57,599 bases of DNA from a virus (lineage: Duplodnaviria > Caudoviricetes), in the IMG/VR virus record IMGVR_UViG_3300048541_000085, positions 1 to 57,599 of that record. The stretch is one strand, 5' to 3'. How positions within the stretch are numbered: the stretch's first letter is position 1; each line of letters starts with the position of its first letter. A model generated the notes under the pieces. The model ran no database searches. It was not told the DNA's origin and saw only the letters and a program-made list of their open reading frames with translations. The translations under genes were made by a program, and so were the position numbers. Below, piece by piece: positions 1-8,298 of this stretch.

Positions 1-137
1 CTCTGCGTGGGTTTCAACAATACGGCCATATCTAATTAACAACAAGACGACAAGAAGCTACGACACAATGGTTATCCCCGCGTCCGCTGGCTCAAATTAT
101 GAATTGTTTAGCAAGGTTCGGGATACCACCGCAGTGT
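1..137. repeat. Terminal direct repeat / circular assembly overlap (left copy)
   Basis: 1-137 equals 57463-57599 except C127 vs T57589. Confidence 0.97.
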
Positions 138-229
138 CGATAGACCCAGATGTGTACGCAACTTGGTTCTTGGCTAACGGCAACACACAAGTTGCTGTTA
201 CCAACAATAAATTGGTAGTAACGATATGA
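1..229 (+). CDS. 3' part of tail fibre/anchor protein that starts at 56651 and crosses the circular join
   Basis: Frame starting at base 2 is open (SAWVSTIRPY...NNKLVVTI) to TGA 227-229, which overlaps the ATG at 226 (ATGA); in frame with the ORF from 56651. Confidence 0.9.
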   Translation, partial: SAWVSTIRPYLINNKTTRSYDTMVIPASAGSNYELFSKVRDTTAVSIDPDVYATWFLANGNTQVAVTNNKLVVTI

Positions 230-2022
230 ACATATTAGACGTTTCAAAACTCGGAAATCGCTGGAAGGGCACGTTTAGTTCCACCGCCTCCTACAACAAG
301 GGGGATGTGGTGCGTGTCGGTGACAAAACCCAAGTATTTACTGACAGTGCTGGCACAAAAATAGATTTTGCAGTCGGGCAAGTACAGTTTACCCAAAAGG
401 GTCAGGTGGCGGCAAACCAGACAGACTTTCCTGTAGGACGAAGCGGCCAAGAGTTTCATTCTGTTTCAGACGGTTCTGGTGGATTTAAGTCAGAGTTTCG
501 TCATGACAAGGAAAGAAACGGGACTAGGGTTGTTAGCTTAACTCAAGATGCGCCTAGCAGAAATGTTGGTTGCATATATGTAGGCGGGTACAGCCCCACC
601 TTTACAATGACTGACGGCACCCTTCGTGGTTATGGCGAGATGCACAACGGTGCCCTCGGCAAAGGGGCAGTAAGCCAAAACAGAAAAGACCCAGTTACCA
701 TACCTCTCCCATTTGGCAAGCGTGTAAAAAAACATTGGACACCCGGATACAGGCACCTGTTTGTACTAGATGAAGACAATGTTCTTTATGGAAGTGGCTA
801 TCAGTGGTCTGGTCAAGGCACGGGCACAACCGCAACAGTTTATGGTTTACTGAGACCTATCAGCCACGATAGCGGAGACGACATACAAGAAGAAATAACA
901 ACCATTGTAGGAGGTTATGACTATCAGGGTTATAACAGCTTCATGGCTCTTGGAGTTAGCGGCAAGGTGTACGCTTGGGGCACACAGCGGGGCTCAGTTT
1001 ATCCATTTGGCTTGCCCTTAACATCAGACTACGAAAGACCAACCCTTATACCTTGGACTGCCGACAGGCCAATCAAGCGCGTCTTTAATTACGCTGGTTA
1101 CTACCCTCGGTCTTTCCTTATAGACTTTGATGGCAAAATGTATTGTGCTGGACAAAACAGCCGAAACCTACTCGGAACAAACACAACTGCCTACGACCCG
1201 TCAAACCCAACAACTGGACACCAACTTTTTGACCCTTGGGGTGCAGAAAACGCAAAGGTTAAGTGGGTAATGAACCATTCCAGTGACGGTCACTGGGCTG
1301 CTGGTACACAGTATTACTGCCATACGGCAATTACCCTTGAGGACGGCAGATGCTACGTTGTGGGCAATGGCAACAACCAAGTTGGCTGGCAACCAAACGG
1401 TGGCTGGACATACGGATGGAATCTGAACGCTAACTATCCATTCCACACAGGCGTGGAAAAACTGATGACCAAAAACGGTGGCTATGCAAGCGCAGTGGCT
1501 TTGATGAAGGACGGAACCATAGAACATAATGGTGCGTCCTACGCCAGCGCAACCAACACCGCAACTGGCACAAACCATTGGCAAAAATTTAATCAAGCGG
1601 CAACGGCTGGTTACAACGGCCCAGACCTAAACAATGTTGTTGATTTGCAAGGACTGGGTGCTCGTTACGGTGAGAAGTGGGCGGTACGACAAGCGGACGG
1701 AAAAATGTTTGTATGGGGTATCAACGGACAAGGTGGTTGCGGCACAGGAAACACATCCACCCCTCAGAATGGTGGAACCACAAACGGCGCGGCGGGAATA
1801 AGTTCTACTGGACAAAACACTGGTCATCACACCTACGCATTGCTACCCGCCAACATTGTAGACTTTAGAATGTACGGGTATGCTACAGATGCTACGGATT
1901 ACGCAAACATTGTAGCTCTGGATGACACTGGACAGGCTTGGAGTTGGGGTTACGGTGCCCAGACAACAAACCAAGACGATGACAACGAGGACAACAGAAC
2001 TCCTCGTAAATTAAGGTTTTAG
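226..2022 (+). CDS. Tail fibre/receptor-binding protein with RCC1-like beta-propeller repeats
   Basis: 598 aa; repeated G-x-V-Y/F-x-W-G units (GKVYAWG, GKMFVWGINGQGGCGTG, GQAWSWGYG); N-terminal W-x-G...Y-x-x-GDVV motif resembling CBM5/12. Confidence 0.7.
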   Translation: MNILDVSKLGNRWKGTFSSTASYNKGDVVRVGDKTQVFTDSAGTKIDFAVGQVQFTQKGQVAANQTDFPVGRSGQEFHSVSDGSGGFKSEFRHDKERNGTRVVSLTQDAPSRNVGCIYVGGYSPTFTMTDGTLRGYGEMHNGALGKGAVSQNRKDPVTIPLPFGKRVKKHWTPGYRHLFVLDEDNVLYGSGYQWSGQGTGTTATVYGLLRPISHDSGDDIQEEITTIVGGYDYQGYNSFMALGVSGKVYAWGTQRGSVYPFGLPLTSDYERPTLIPWTADRPIKRVFNYAGYYPRSFLIDFDGKMYCAGQNSRNLLGTNTTAYDPSNPTTGHQLFDPWGAENAKVKWVMNHSSDGHWAAGTQYYCHTAITLEDGRCYVVGNGNNQVGWQPNGGWTYGWNLNANYPFHTGVEKLMTKNGGYASAVALMKDGTIEHNGASYASATNTATGTNHWQKFNQAATAGYNGPDLNNVVDLQGLGARYGEKWAVRQADGKMFVWGINGQGGCGTGNTSTPQNGGTTNGAAGISSTGQNTGHHTYALLPANIVDFRMYGYATDATDYANIVALDDTGQAWSWGYGAQTTNQDDDNEDNRTPRKLRF

Positions 2023-2031
2023 GAGACAGAC

Positions 2032-4185
2032 ATGCCAACAATAAATCTAGGAACCATTGGTTTTACATATCGAGGTGTCTATGACGCTACCCTGTCATAC
2101 AACAAGCAAGATATTGTTAAACAGGCCAATGACACTTACGTTTCATTGGTTGATGGAACCACTGGCGTTACTCCCGGAACAGACGCAACAAAATGGGAAA
2201 TCTTTACAACCGGGATAGGCCAGAACAGTGGAACTAACAATGGGGGCATCTGGTATTATGACGGCGCAAATGTTGCCGCTTTGTCTCCGGGAAACGCTGA
2301 AAGTGTTCTGAGAATTAACAACAGTGGCTTACCAGAATGGTCACTAGACGATAGCCGTTCGGGCGTAAGAGTTTCTAATCTTACATGCGGAAGACAAAAC
2401 CAATCCTACCGTAGGCACATGGTTATCATGGAGGGTGGAACAGTATCTTGGTGGGGCGACAACGGCTCCTACCAGCACGGCACTGGGAATTATACTGCCG
2501 CCAAGTCACAGCCAGTACAGTCAGCCTTCCCTCATGGTTTTGTCGGCGCAAAAGAAGATACATATCAGCTTACAAATTGTAACCCAACAACTGTTACTTT
2601 TGCGGTAACTGTTGCAAATAGCGTTTTTGAGTTAGACGCTGTTGCGGCGGCGGCTGACACACCAATGACCAAGGGCAACATATATAAATTTGACCAATCA
2701 GATGCCACTAATGTTGGGCATCAGGTTGTTATAGAGGAAAGCACTGACGGGGGAACCACATGGACAGCGATGGCCTCGACTGGTGCCGACATCGGAGATG
2801 GAGAAACAACAAGCGTTTATACAACAGGAACATTAGGTTCAGCAGGCGCGAGTACATATCTTCGCATTTCTCAAGACGAAACAAATTCATACCGATACGT
2901 TTGCCAAGCTCACGGCGCGGGTATGGGAGCGACAATACTTCTTAACACAACTGGGTTCATGAAGATTTTCCGAGCACGCGGCAAATACGCTTGGTGCAAC
3001 TATGGTAATGCCGCAGGCATTATCGATAAAAATAGTAAGGTTTGGCAGTGGGGCAACAACAGTAATGGCGTTGTCGGCACAGGGAACACGACTAACCAGT
3101 TTATCCCTTACAACGCCACAGACGACAACCTCAACTCAATTCACAACAAGACCGCCAAAAACTTCTCTAGCGAATTAGCTGGAGAAAGCAACAACACCAT
3201 GATTTACGTTTTATGCACAGACGGCACTGTTCATCACTGTGGCTACAGCGCACATGGCCAGACAGGTACTGGCTCTGCGGCTACTAACAGGTTTGTTCAG
3301 GTTGTCAACGCAACGAATGTTGTTCAAATCGAGCAAAGCGATGACTGGGCCGCTTTCCTTATAATGCTAGAAAAGGACGGCTCGCTAAAGCACGTTGGCT
3401 ATGGAAACGAAAACACAAACGGTGCTGGCAACCTGAACAACAACACCGTTGCCGGAAGCGTAAGTTTGGTAACGCAGAAAGTTGCTGAGATACTTTATGT
3501 TGGCTCACGGATGGTGTGGGTGCGTGACATTGACGGCAACACATGGAACTGGGGAGACGACAACTACGGCTTCCTAGCTCGTGGCGGCACTGCTGGTGCA
3601 TACAACCCAGCTATTGTAAGCACGAACAACGCCAGTGGCACCAACTGCATTACAGAGGTTGTTGGCAACCCAGACCACAGTCAGTATGAGCATATAGTCG
3701 CACGAAGAGCAGACGGCACGATACTGACTGCTGGGTACAACGGTTACGGACAGCTTGGTGATGGCACTCAAACCCAGCGAACTTCCTTTATAACCGCATC
3801 AAACTCCCTCACCCCGTACTACACTGATGATGGATGGGGCGCAACATTTCCTACAAATGCCAAGAAGCTGTTGAACATGGGCTCAAACAGCTATGGCACA
3901 TCAGGAGTTCTTTTTGATGACGGCATGGTTTTGCTTTGGGGTTACAATGGAAACGGCCAAGGTGGAGTGGGAAGCACAAGTAACGTACTAAACAGCGGCA
4001 AAGCCATGAAACAACGCATAATGAAAACTGTCATAGATTTTGCCCCCATGGGTTACTCCAGTGAGACTGGCGTTTCCTTCCTTTGTGAAGACGGTGAGTT
4101 ATATTGTGTGGGCTATGGAGGCTCCTCAATGATGGCTGACGATGACGCTGAAGCCTCGTACACACCAAAACCAATCTTGTTCTAG
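2032..4185 (+). CDS. Tail fibre/receptor-binding protein, RCC1-like repeats plus cupredoxin-like insertion
   Basis: 717 aa; AGGAG RBS; repeats such as WGNNSNGVVGTG, GYNGYGQLGDG, WGYNGNGQGGVG; paralogous ends to the 226 ORF; YRYVCQAHGAGMG motif. Confidence 0.72.
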   Translation: MPTINLGTIGFTYRGVYDATLSYNKQDIVKQANDTYVSLVDGTTGVTPGTDATKWEIFTTGIGQNSGTNNGGIWYYDGANVAALSPGNAESVLRINNSGLPEWSLDDSRSGVRVSNLTCGRQNQSYRRHMVIMEGGTVSWWGDNGSYQHGTGNYTAAKSQPVQSAFPHGFVGAKEDTYQLTNCNPTTVTFAVTVANSVFELDAVAAAADTPMTKGNIYKFDQSDATNVGHQVVIEESTDGGTTWTAMASTGADIGDGETTSVYTTGTLGSAGASTYLRISQDETNSYRYVCQAHGAGMGATILLNTTGFMKIFRARGKYAWCNYGNAAGIIDKNSKVWQWGNNSNGVVGTGNTTNQFIPYNATDDNLNSIHNKTAKNFSSELAGESNNTMIYVLCTDGTVHHCGYSAHGQTGTGSAATNRFVQVVNATNVVQIEQSDDWAAFLIMLEKDGSLKHVGYGNENTNGAGNLNNNTVAGSVSLVTQKVAEILYVGSRMVWVRDIDGNTWNWGDDNYGFLARGGTAGAYNPAIVSTNNASGTNCITEVVGNPDHSQYEHIVARRADGTILTAGYNGYGQLGDGTQTQRTSFITASNSLTPYYTDDGWGATFPTNAKKLLNMGSNSYGTSGVLFDDGMVLLWGYNGNGQGGVGSTSNVLNSGKAMKQRIMKTVIDFAPMGYSSETGVSFLCEDGELYCVGYGGSSMMADDDAEASYTPKPILF

Positions 4186-4192
4186 GGCGGTC

Positions 4193-4456
4193 ATGGCAAA
4201 CGAAACTTTTACATCCTTGTCTAAACAAGAGTTAGAGTCTCTTTTGGCAACAGCGGCAGAGCGTGGTGCAAAAGAAGCATTGTGCAAGGTTGGGTTGCAT
4301 GACGAGGAGGCTGGTAACGATATTCGTGACTTACGAGTTTTGGTTGATGGGTGGCGTGGCATCAAAAAAACTGCTACAAGAACATTTGTACAGTGGTTAA
4401 TTTTATTTATCCTCGGACTTATAGCGATGGGCACATGGCAAAACTTTCACAAGTGA
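4193..4456 (+). CDS. Small membrane protein, DUF6127-like (possible holin/anti-holin)
   Basis: 87 aa from ATG 4193; LLATAAERGAKEALCKVGLHDEEAGNDIRDLR signature and a C-terminal hydrophobic helix. Confidence 0.55.
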   Translation: MANETFTSLSKQELESLLATAAERGAKEALCKVGLHDEEAGNDIRDLRVLVDGWRGIKKTATRTFVQWLILFILGLIAMGTWQNFHK

Positions 4457-4734
4457 GCAATAAAAAAGCACTAGAATTAGTGCAAGACGTACAGAAACAC
4501 GATGGCTGGTTATTTATCAAAGAAATCATGCAAGACGAAATAATGACCGCCGCGCACAAGTTGGCAGAAACTCCACAAATGAGCTTGGAGGAACTGCACT
4601 TTAGGCGGGGGGCCATGTGGGCCGCTCGAAAACTAATCGATGTACCGACCATACTAGCGTCAAAGCTAGAAAACGATGTAGCAATGGAAGTGCTACAAGC
4701 CGAGGAAGTGTACAAAGGTACTAAAACAAAATAG
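4453..4734 (+). CDS. Hypothetical protein (head-assembly region)
   Basis: GTG start overlapping the upstream TGA (GTGA); 93 aa helical protein immediately before the scaffold. Confidence 0.7.
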   Translation: MSNKKALELVQDVQKHDGWLFIKEIMQDEIMTAAHKLAETPQMSLEELHFRRGAMWAARKLIDVPTILASKLENDVAMEVLQAEEVYKGTKTK

Positions 4735-4772
4735 CATGCTACGGCTTGCGCAAACAGTCCGCTACGGCTGAC
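4734..4772 (+). promoter_or_regulatory. Twin C(UACG)G hairpins directly upstream of the scaffold RBS
   Basis: GCATGCTACGGCTTGC (4734-4749) and GTCCGCTACGGCTGAC (4757-4772), then AGGAG at 4773. Confidence 0.5.
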
Positions 4773-4785
4773 AGGAGAAAAAAAC

Positions 4786-5853
4786 ATGAACGACCTAGTA
4801 GAACAAATCGCGGCTCAGAAGCTCGGCGAAGCAACCACACAGCAAGTCCAACAACAAGTGGCGCAAGACGCGGCTCAAGCCGAAGCGGCACAACAACCAC
4901 CAACACCGGGAGCAGATTCAGCCACGCCAGCCCCAACCGAACAGGAGCAGGCCAATGCGGCTATCTCACCCAAAACAGAGGGAGATAGGCAGGCCGATAG
5001 CTCATATATTACGGTAGACTTTGGCGATGGTGATGTACGCACCATGTCGGATATGCAAGTCCGTGAAACTATGAAGCGTTACAAAGACCTAAATTACAAA
5101 CATCAGACCCAATACGCACCCATGTCAGCACCCATGGATTTCATCAATGAGATTGCCGGGAACTTGCAGGCGCAGGGACAAGACGTTAATGGTGATGAGA
5201 TTGCACAGTTTCTTCGTGCGGCATCACAAGCGTTTGTATCAAACCCAACCATGGGCGGGCAAGTAGACCCAACCCCAGATACCATGGGCATCCCCCTAGA
5301 TGCTCTTGAGCAACAAATGGCCGCATGGGAAGATGAGAACGCTGTTTCTCTGCCGCCTATGTACAAAGATGCGGCTAGGCAGATGGGTCAGTTGCAGTCT
5401 GAAAACCAAGAAATTAAGCAAATGCTCGCGCAGATTGCTGGGCAAGCAGGGGACTTGAACATGCAGGCGGCTGAACAAGTCAAAGATGCCGCTATGCAAC
5501 AGAACAACGCCGCACGGCAACAGGCCGCGAACAATCTAAACGTGGCACAGCAGAAGTATCAGCTTCCTGACCAAGACGAACAGGACTTCTTTAACTTTGC
5601 CTTTGAACGCGGATACACCATCGAGGACTTTATTGACCCCCGTCTTACAGACATGGTTATGGCTGATTTCTCTAACAACAGGAACGGCCCTGAGATGGAT
5701 AGGCTCAGGCAAATGGCGGCACGAAGGCAGGCGTACACTGGCCAAGTTGGCGCAACACCAGCCGCTGGCGGACAGCCAGAAGCACCAAGCCAAGACGAAC
5801 AGTTTATCGGTGCTGTCGCACAGCAGGCCATGCAAAGACGAAACATGGTCTAA
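4786..5853 (+). CDS. Capsid scaffolding protein
   Basis: 355 aa, acidic Q/A-rich helical protein with disordered N-terminus, directly upstream of the major capsid gene. Confidence 0.7.
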   Translation: MNDLVEQIAAQKLGEATTQQVQQQVAQDAAQAEAAQQPPTPGADSATPAPTEQEQANAAISPKTEGDRQADSSYITVDFGDGDVRTMSDMQVRETMKRYKDLNYKHQTQYAPMSAPMDFINEIAGNLQAQGQDVNGDEIAQFLRAASQAFVSNPTMGGQVDPTPDTMGIPLDALEQQMAAWEDENAVSLPPMYKDAARQMGQLQSENQEIKQMLAQIAGQAGDLNMQAAEQVKDAAMQQNNAARQQAANNLNVAQQKYQLPDQDEQDFFNFAFERGYTIEDFIDPRLTDMVMADFSNNRNGPEMDRLRQMAARRQAYTGQVGATPAAGGQPEAPSQDEQFIGAVAQQAMQRRNMV

Positions 5854-5856
5854 CAG

Positions 5857-5888
5857 GGACGACAGTAGTATTTTTATATAGTTACAAT
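5857..5888 (+). promoter_or_regulatory. Putative late promoter GGACGAC-N19-TACAAT
   Basis: Intergenic, upstream of the capsid gene; same motif and spacing recur at several other sites. Confidence 0.7.
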
Positions 5889-6020
5889 GAGGCTGTGGCA
5901 GATGCTACGGCCTCATTTATGTCACAGACGAAACTCGGCAATATTCGCTGATAGACGAAGGAAGCTAGAGGATAGTCAACTAACCATACTCGAAAACCCA
6001 TTTTGGCAAGGAGAAATACA

Positions 6021-7202
6021 ATGACTGCCATTCAAGGACTTCGTGGGACTGGTCAGTTTACATCTGACTTCCGTCCTACCAATTACCGGGAGCTTTTCAC
6101 GCTCCTAGAACCAAACGGCACTGCGCCGTTGCAGGCTCTGTTAGCCATGACTGGCTCGGAGAGCACAGATGACCCTAAATACAACCACTTCCGTGATGAG
6201 TTGCCTGACCGGACGCTGACTACTTCAGCTACTGTAGGTGCCGCCGCAACATCTGTTGTTTACACAAACGATGATGATGAGGCTTTCATTGTGGCTGGAA
6301 CATTGATTTATGTCCCAGAAACTGGTGAAGTAATTCGGGTAACTGCAAACAACACCACAACCAACACACTTACTGTTACTCGTGGCGTTGGCCAAGCTGG
6401 TACTGGTCAGGCGATTACGTCTGGTGCAGAACTGGTTATTGCTGGTCATGCTGACCAAGAAGGTGGCACTAGCCCCGACCCAATCAGCTTCGACCCAACC
6501 ACTGACTTTAACTATACTCAGATTTTCAAGACGAGTATTTCTGTTAGTGGAACTCTGCAAAACACCTATCTACGGACTGGTGATAAAGAGCAAGAGCAAC
6601 TTACTAAAGCCCTAAAACTTCACATGGGTGATATTGAGCGTGCAATGTTCTTTGGTCGCAGAGACGAAGTGAACGGTACAACTGCAAACCCAACTCGTTA
6701 CACTGGTGGCTTGTTCGCAAGCATCACTAATGTTTCCGATGCGGCTTCAGCATTTGCATCAGCTAACACCATCACAGAGAAAGAGTTCGACCGCCTGCTG
6801 GTGGAAGACATCTTTGCTTACGGCTCAAACGAAAAGATTATGTTTGCTGGCCCACGCTGTGTCTCTAACTTGATGGAAATCGGCAAAAACCGTTGGCAAC
6901 CAACCTCTATCGACAACGCATACGGCGTGTCATTCACTCGTTACACCACATTTGCTGGTGACTTGCTTGTGTATATGCACCCAATGTTCCGTCAGGTAGC
7001 TGGTCTGGAAAAGCAGGCTGTTGTTCTTGATATGCCTCACCTGAAGTATCGCTACCTCGAAGGTCGCGACACATCATTGGTGCGTGATATCCAAGGCAAC
7101 GACTTCGATGGCGTAAAGCACATGTACATGACAGAGTGTGGTCTGGAAATGACCCATTCAAAAGTACACCACGTTATCAAGAACTGGAACGCAGTGTCCT
7201 AA
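6021..7202 (+). CDS. Major capsid protein (DUF5309/SU10-type, HK97 fold)
   Basis: 393 aa from ATG 6021 after AAGGAG; NYTQIFKTSISVSGT, DIERAMFFG, RYTGGL and TECGLEM motifs; follows the scaffold; terminator downstream. Confidence 0.88.
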   Translation: MTAIQGLRGTGQFTSDFRPTNYRELFTLLEPNGTAPLQALLAMTGSESTDDPKYNHFRDELPDRTLTTSATVGAAATSVVYTNDDDEAFIVAGTLIYVPETGEVIRVTANNTTTNTLTVTRGVGQAGTGQAITSGAELVIAGHADQEGGTSPDPISFDPTTDFNYTQIFKTSISVSGTLQNTYLRTGDKEQEQLTKALKLHMGDIERAMFFGRRDEVNGTTANPTRYTGGLFASITNVSDAASAFASANTITEKEFDRLLVEDIFAYGSNEKIMFAGPRCVSNLMEIGKNRWQPTSIDNAYGVSFTRYTTFAGDLLVYMHPMFRQVAGLEKQAVVLDMPHLKYRYLEGRDTSLVRDIQGNDFDGVKHMYMTECGLEMTHSKVHHVIKNWNAVS

Positions 7203-7203
7203 A

Positions 7204-7235
7204 GGACGACAAAGTGCGCTAGAAAAGCGGATACT
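7204..7235 (+). promoter_or_regulatory. Putative late promoter GGACGAC-N19-GATACT
   Basis: Starts one base after the capsid stop; motif and spacing conserved. Confidence 0.65.
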
Positions 7236-7265
7236 AGAGCCGGGGCAAGTCCTCGGCTCTTTTTT
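7236..7265 (+). terminator. Rho-independent terminator after the capsid gene
   Basis: AGAGCCGGGG-CAAGT-CCTCGGCTCT followed by a T-run. Confidence 0.85.
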
Positions 7266-7280
7266 ATTTAGGAGAAATAA

Positions 7281-7589
7281 ATGTCTGAAGATATCAACGC
7301 TGAAAAGAAAAAGGCGACAGTTACACGCAAAGAGAACCGTGCAAAGGAAGCCGCATCACGGCAGAAGGCATCAGAAAAAGAAAAGAAGATGGACAGCGAT
7401 TTTGTGTACTTCATCTCTTCTAATCCTGAACAGGTCTCTTTTAACATTCGTCTTGCTGGACAGCAGTTCAAGGGAACTTGGGATGACGAGCATGAGTACC
7501 TATGCTGGCGCATACCCCACAAACTAAAAGACAGAATGATGTCTCACTTTTTTGTGAAAGAAAAGCGGATTATCGTAGGGGAAGAGTAG
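7281..7589 (+). CDS. Hypothetical virion-associated protein
   Basis: 102 aa; AGGAG RBS; charged N-terminus. Confidence 0.8.
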   Translation: MSEDINAEKKKATVTRKENRAKEAASRQKASEKEKKMDSDFVYFISSNPEQVSFNIRLAGQQFKGTWDDEHEYLCWRIPHKLKDRMMSHFFVKEKRIIVGEE

Positions 7590-7590
7590 C

Positions 7591-8298
7591 ATGTCATATC
7601 ATTCGTCATCTTCTAGTTCATCTTCAAGCTCATCATCCAGTTCAACTGGGACAACCACTGGCAATGCTTCTAGCAAAGTGTCAAGCACTGACATGGCGAA
7701 GCCAACAGGGGAGCCAACGCATGAAATGGCGGACGGCTCAATACATGTAGGCCCAGTACATCCCAGAGATACAGTTACGAAACAGAAGTCTGACACTGCC
7801 ACTGCTAATACAATAGAGTGGCTGGATAACAATACAGAGGATAGAAATAGACACTCCCCCTCTACACCACACCTGAACTCTCCTCACGCTAGTCTTGAGT
7901 CTTTAGTTTTTCAGGCGTTGCGTAGATACGGAGACATGCACCCCGGCACAGTCGATGGTGAAGTGATGATGATGTTTGTTGAGTTTGCCAATATGGTTAT
8001 TGAGGATTTACGTTCTCACCCGTACTGGGACAACATTGAAATGGATTTCTACACACACCCTCAAGAAATACGAAAAGTTCCTGACAGCATAATGGTTCAG
8101 GGGTTGCTATATCATTATTCGGTACAGCAACAATCGTCAAAAGTTGAAGCATACGGCCCAATGTATTTTAAGGGAATGAACCGCGTTCTTTACAATCGCA
8201 AGTTTGGCAACGCCCCCATTGAAATGTCTCCTTGGGATAGAGGCGTTGGCAATAGGCCATCAGGGGTAAAGTCATACGACACTTCCAGAGGTAACTAA
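7591..8298 (+). CDS. Putative head-tail adaptor (tail tubular A-like) with Ser-rich N-terminal extension
   Basis: 235 aa; position between capsid and nozzle; helical C-terminal domain; poly-Ser N-terminus. Confidence 0.5.
   Translation: MSYHSSSSSSSSSSSSSSTGTTTGNASSKVSSTDMAKPTGEPTHEMADGSIHVGPVHPRDTVTKQKSDTATANTIEWLDNNTEDRNRHSPSTPHLNSPHASLESLVFQALRRYGDMHPGTVDGEVMMMFVEFANMVIEDLRSHPYWDNIEMDFYTHPQEIRKVPDSIMVQGLLYHYSVQQQSSKVEAYGPMYFKGMNRVLYNRKFGNAPIEMSPWDRGVGNRPSGVKSYDTSRGN

Noticed and set aside
1-137. Biological direct terminal repeat
   Set aside because: It falls in the middle of a continuous gene and looks like an assembler overlap.
226-4185. Diversity-generating retroelement acting on the receptor genes
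   Set aside because: No reverse transcriptase and no near-identical template/variable repeat pair seen; the similarity is only at protein level.
5920-5980. Hammerhead-like words (GACGAAAC, CTGATAG) in the capsid leader
   Set aside because: The core is not CUGANGA and the three required stems cannot be formed.
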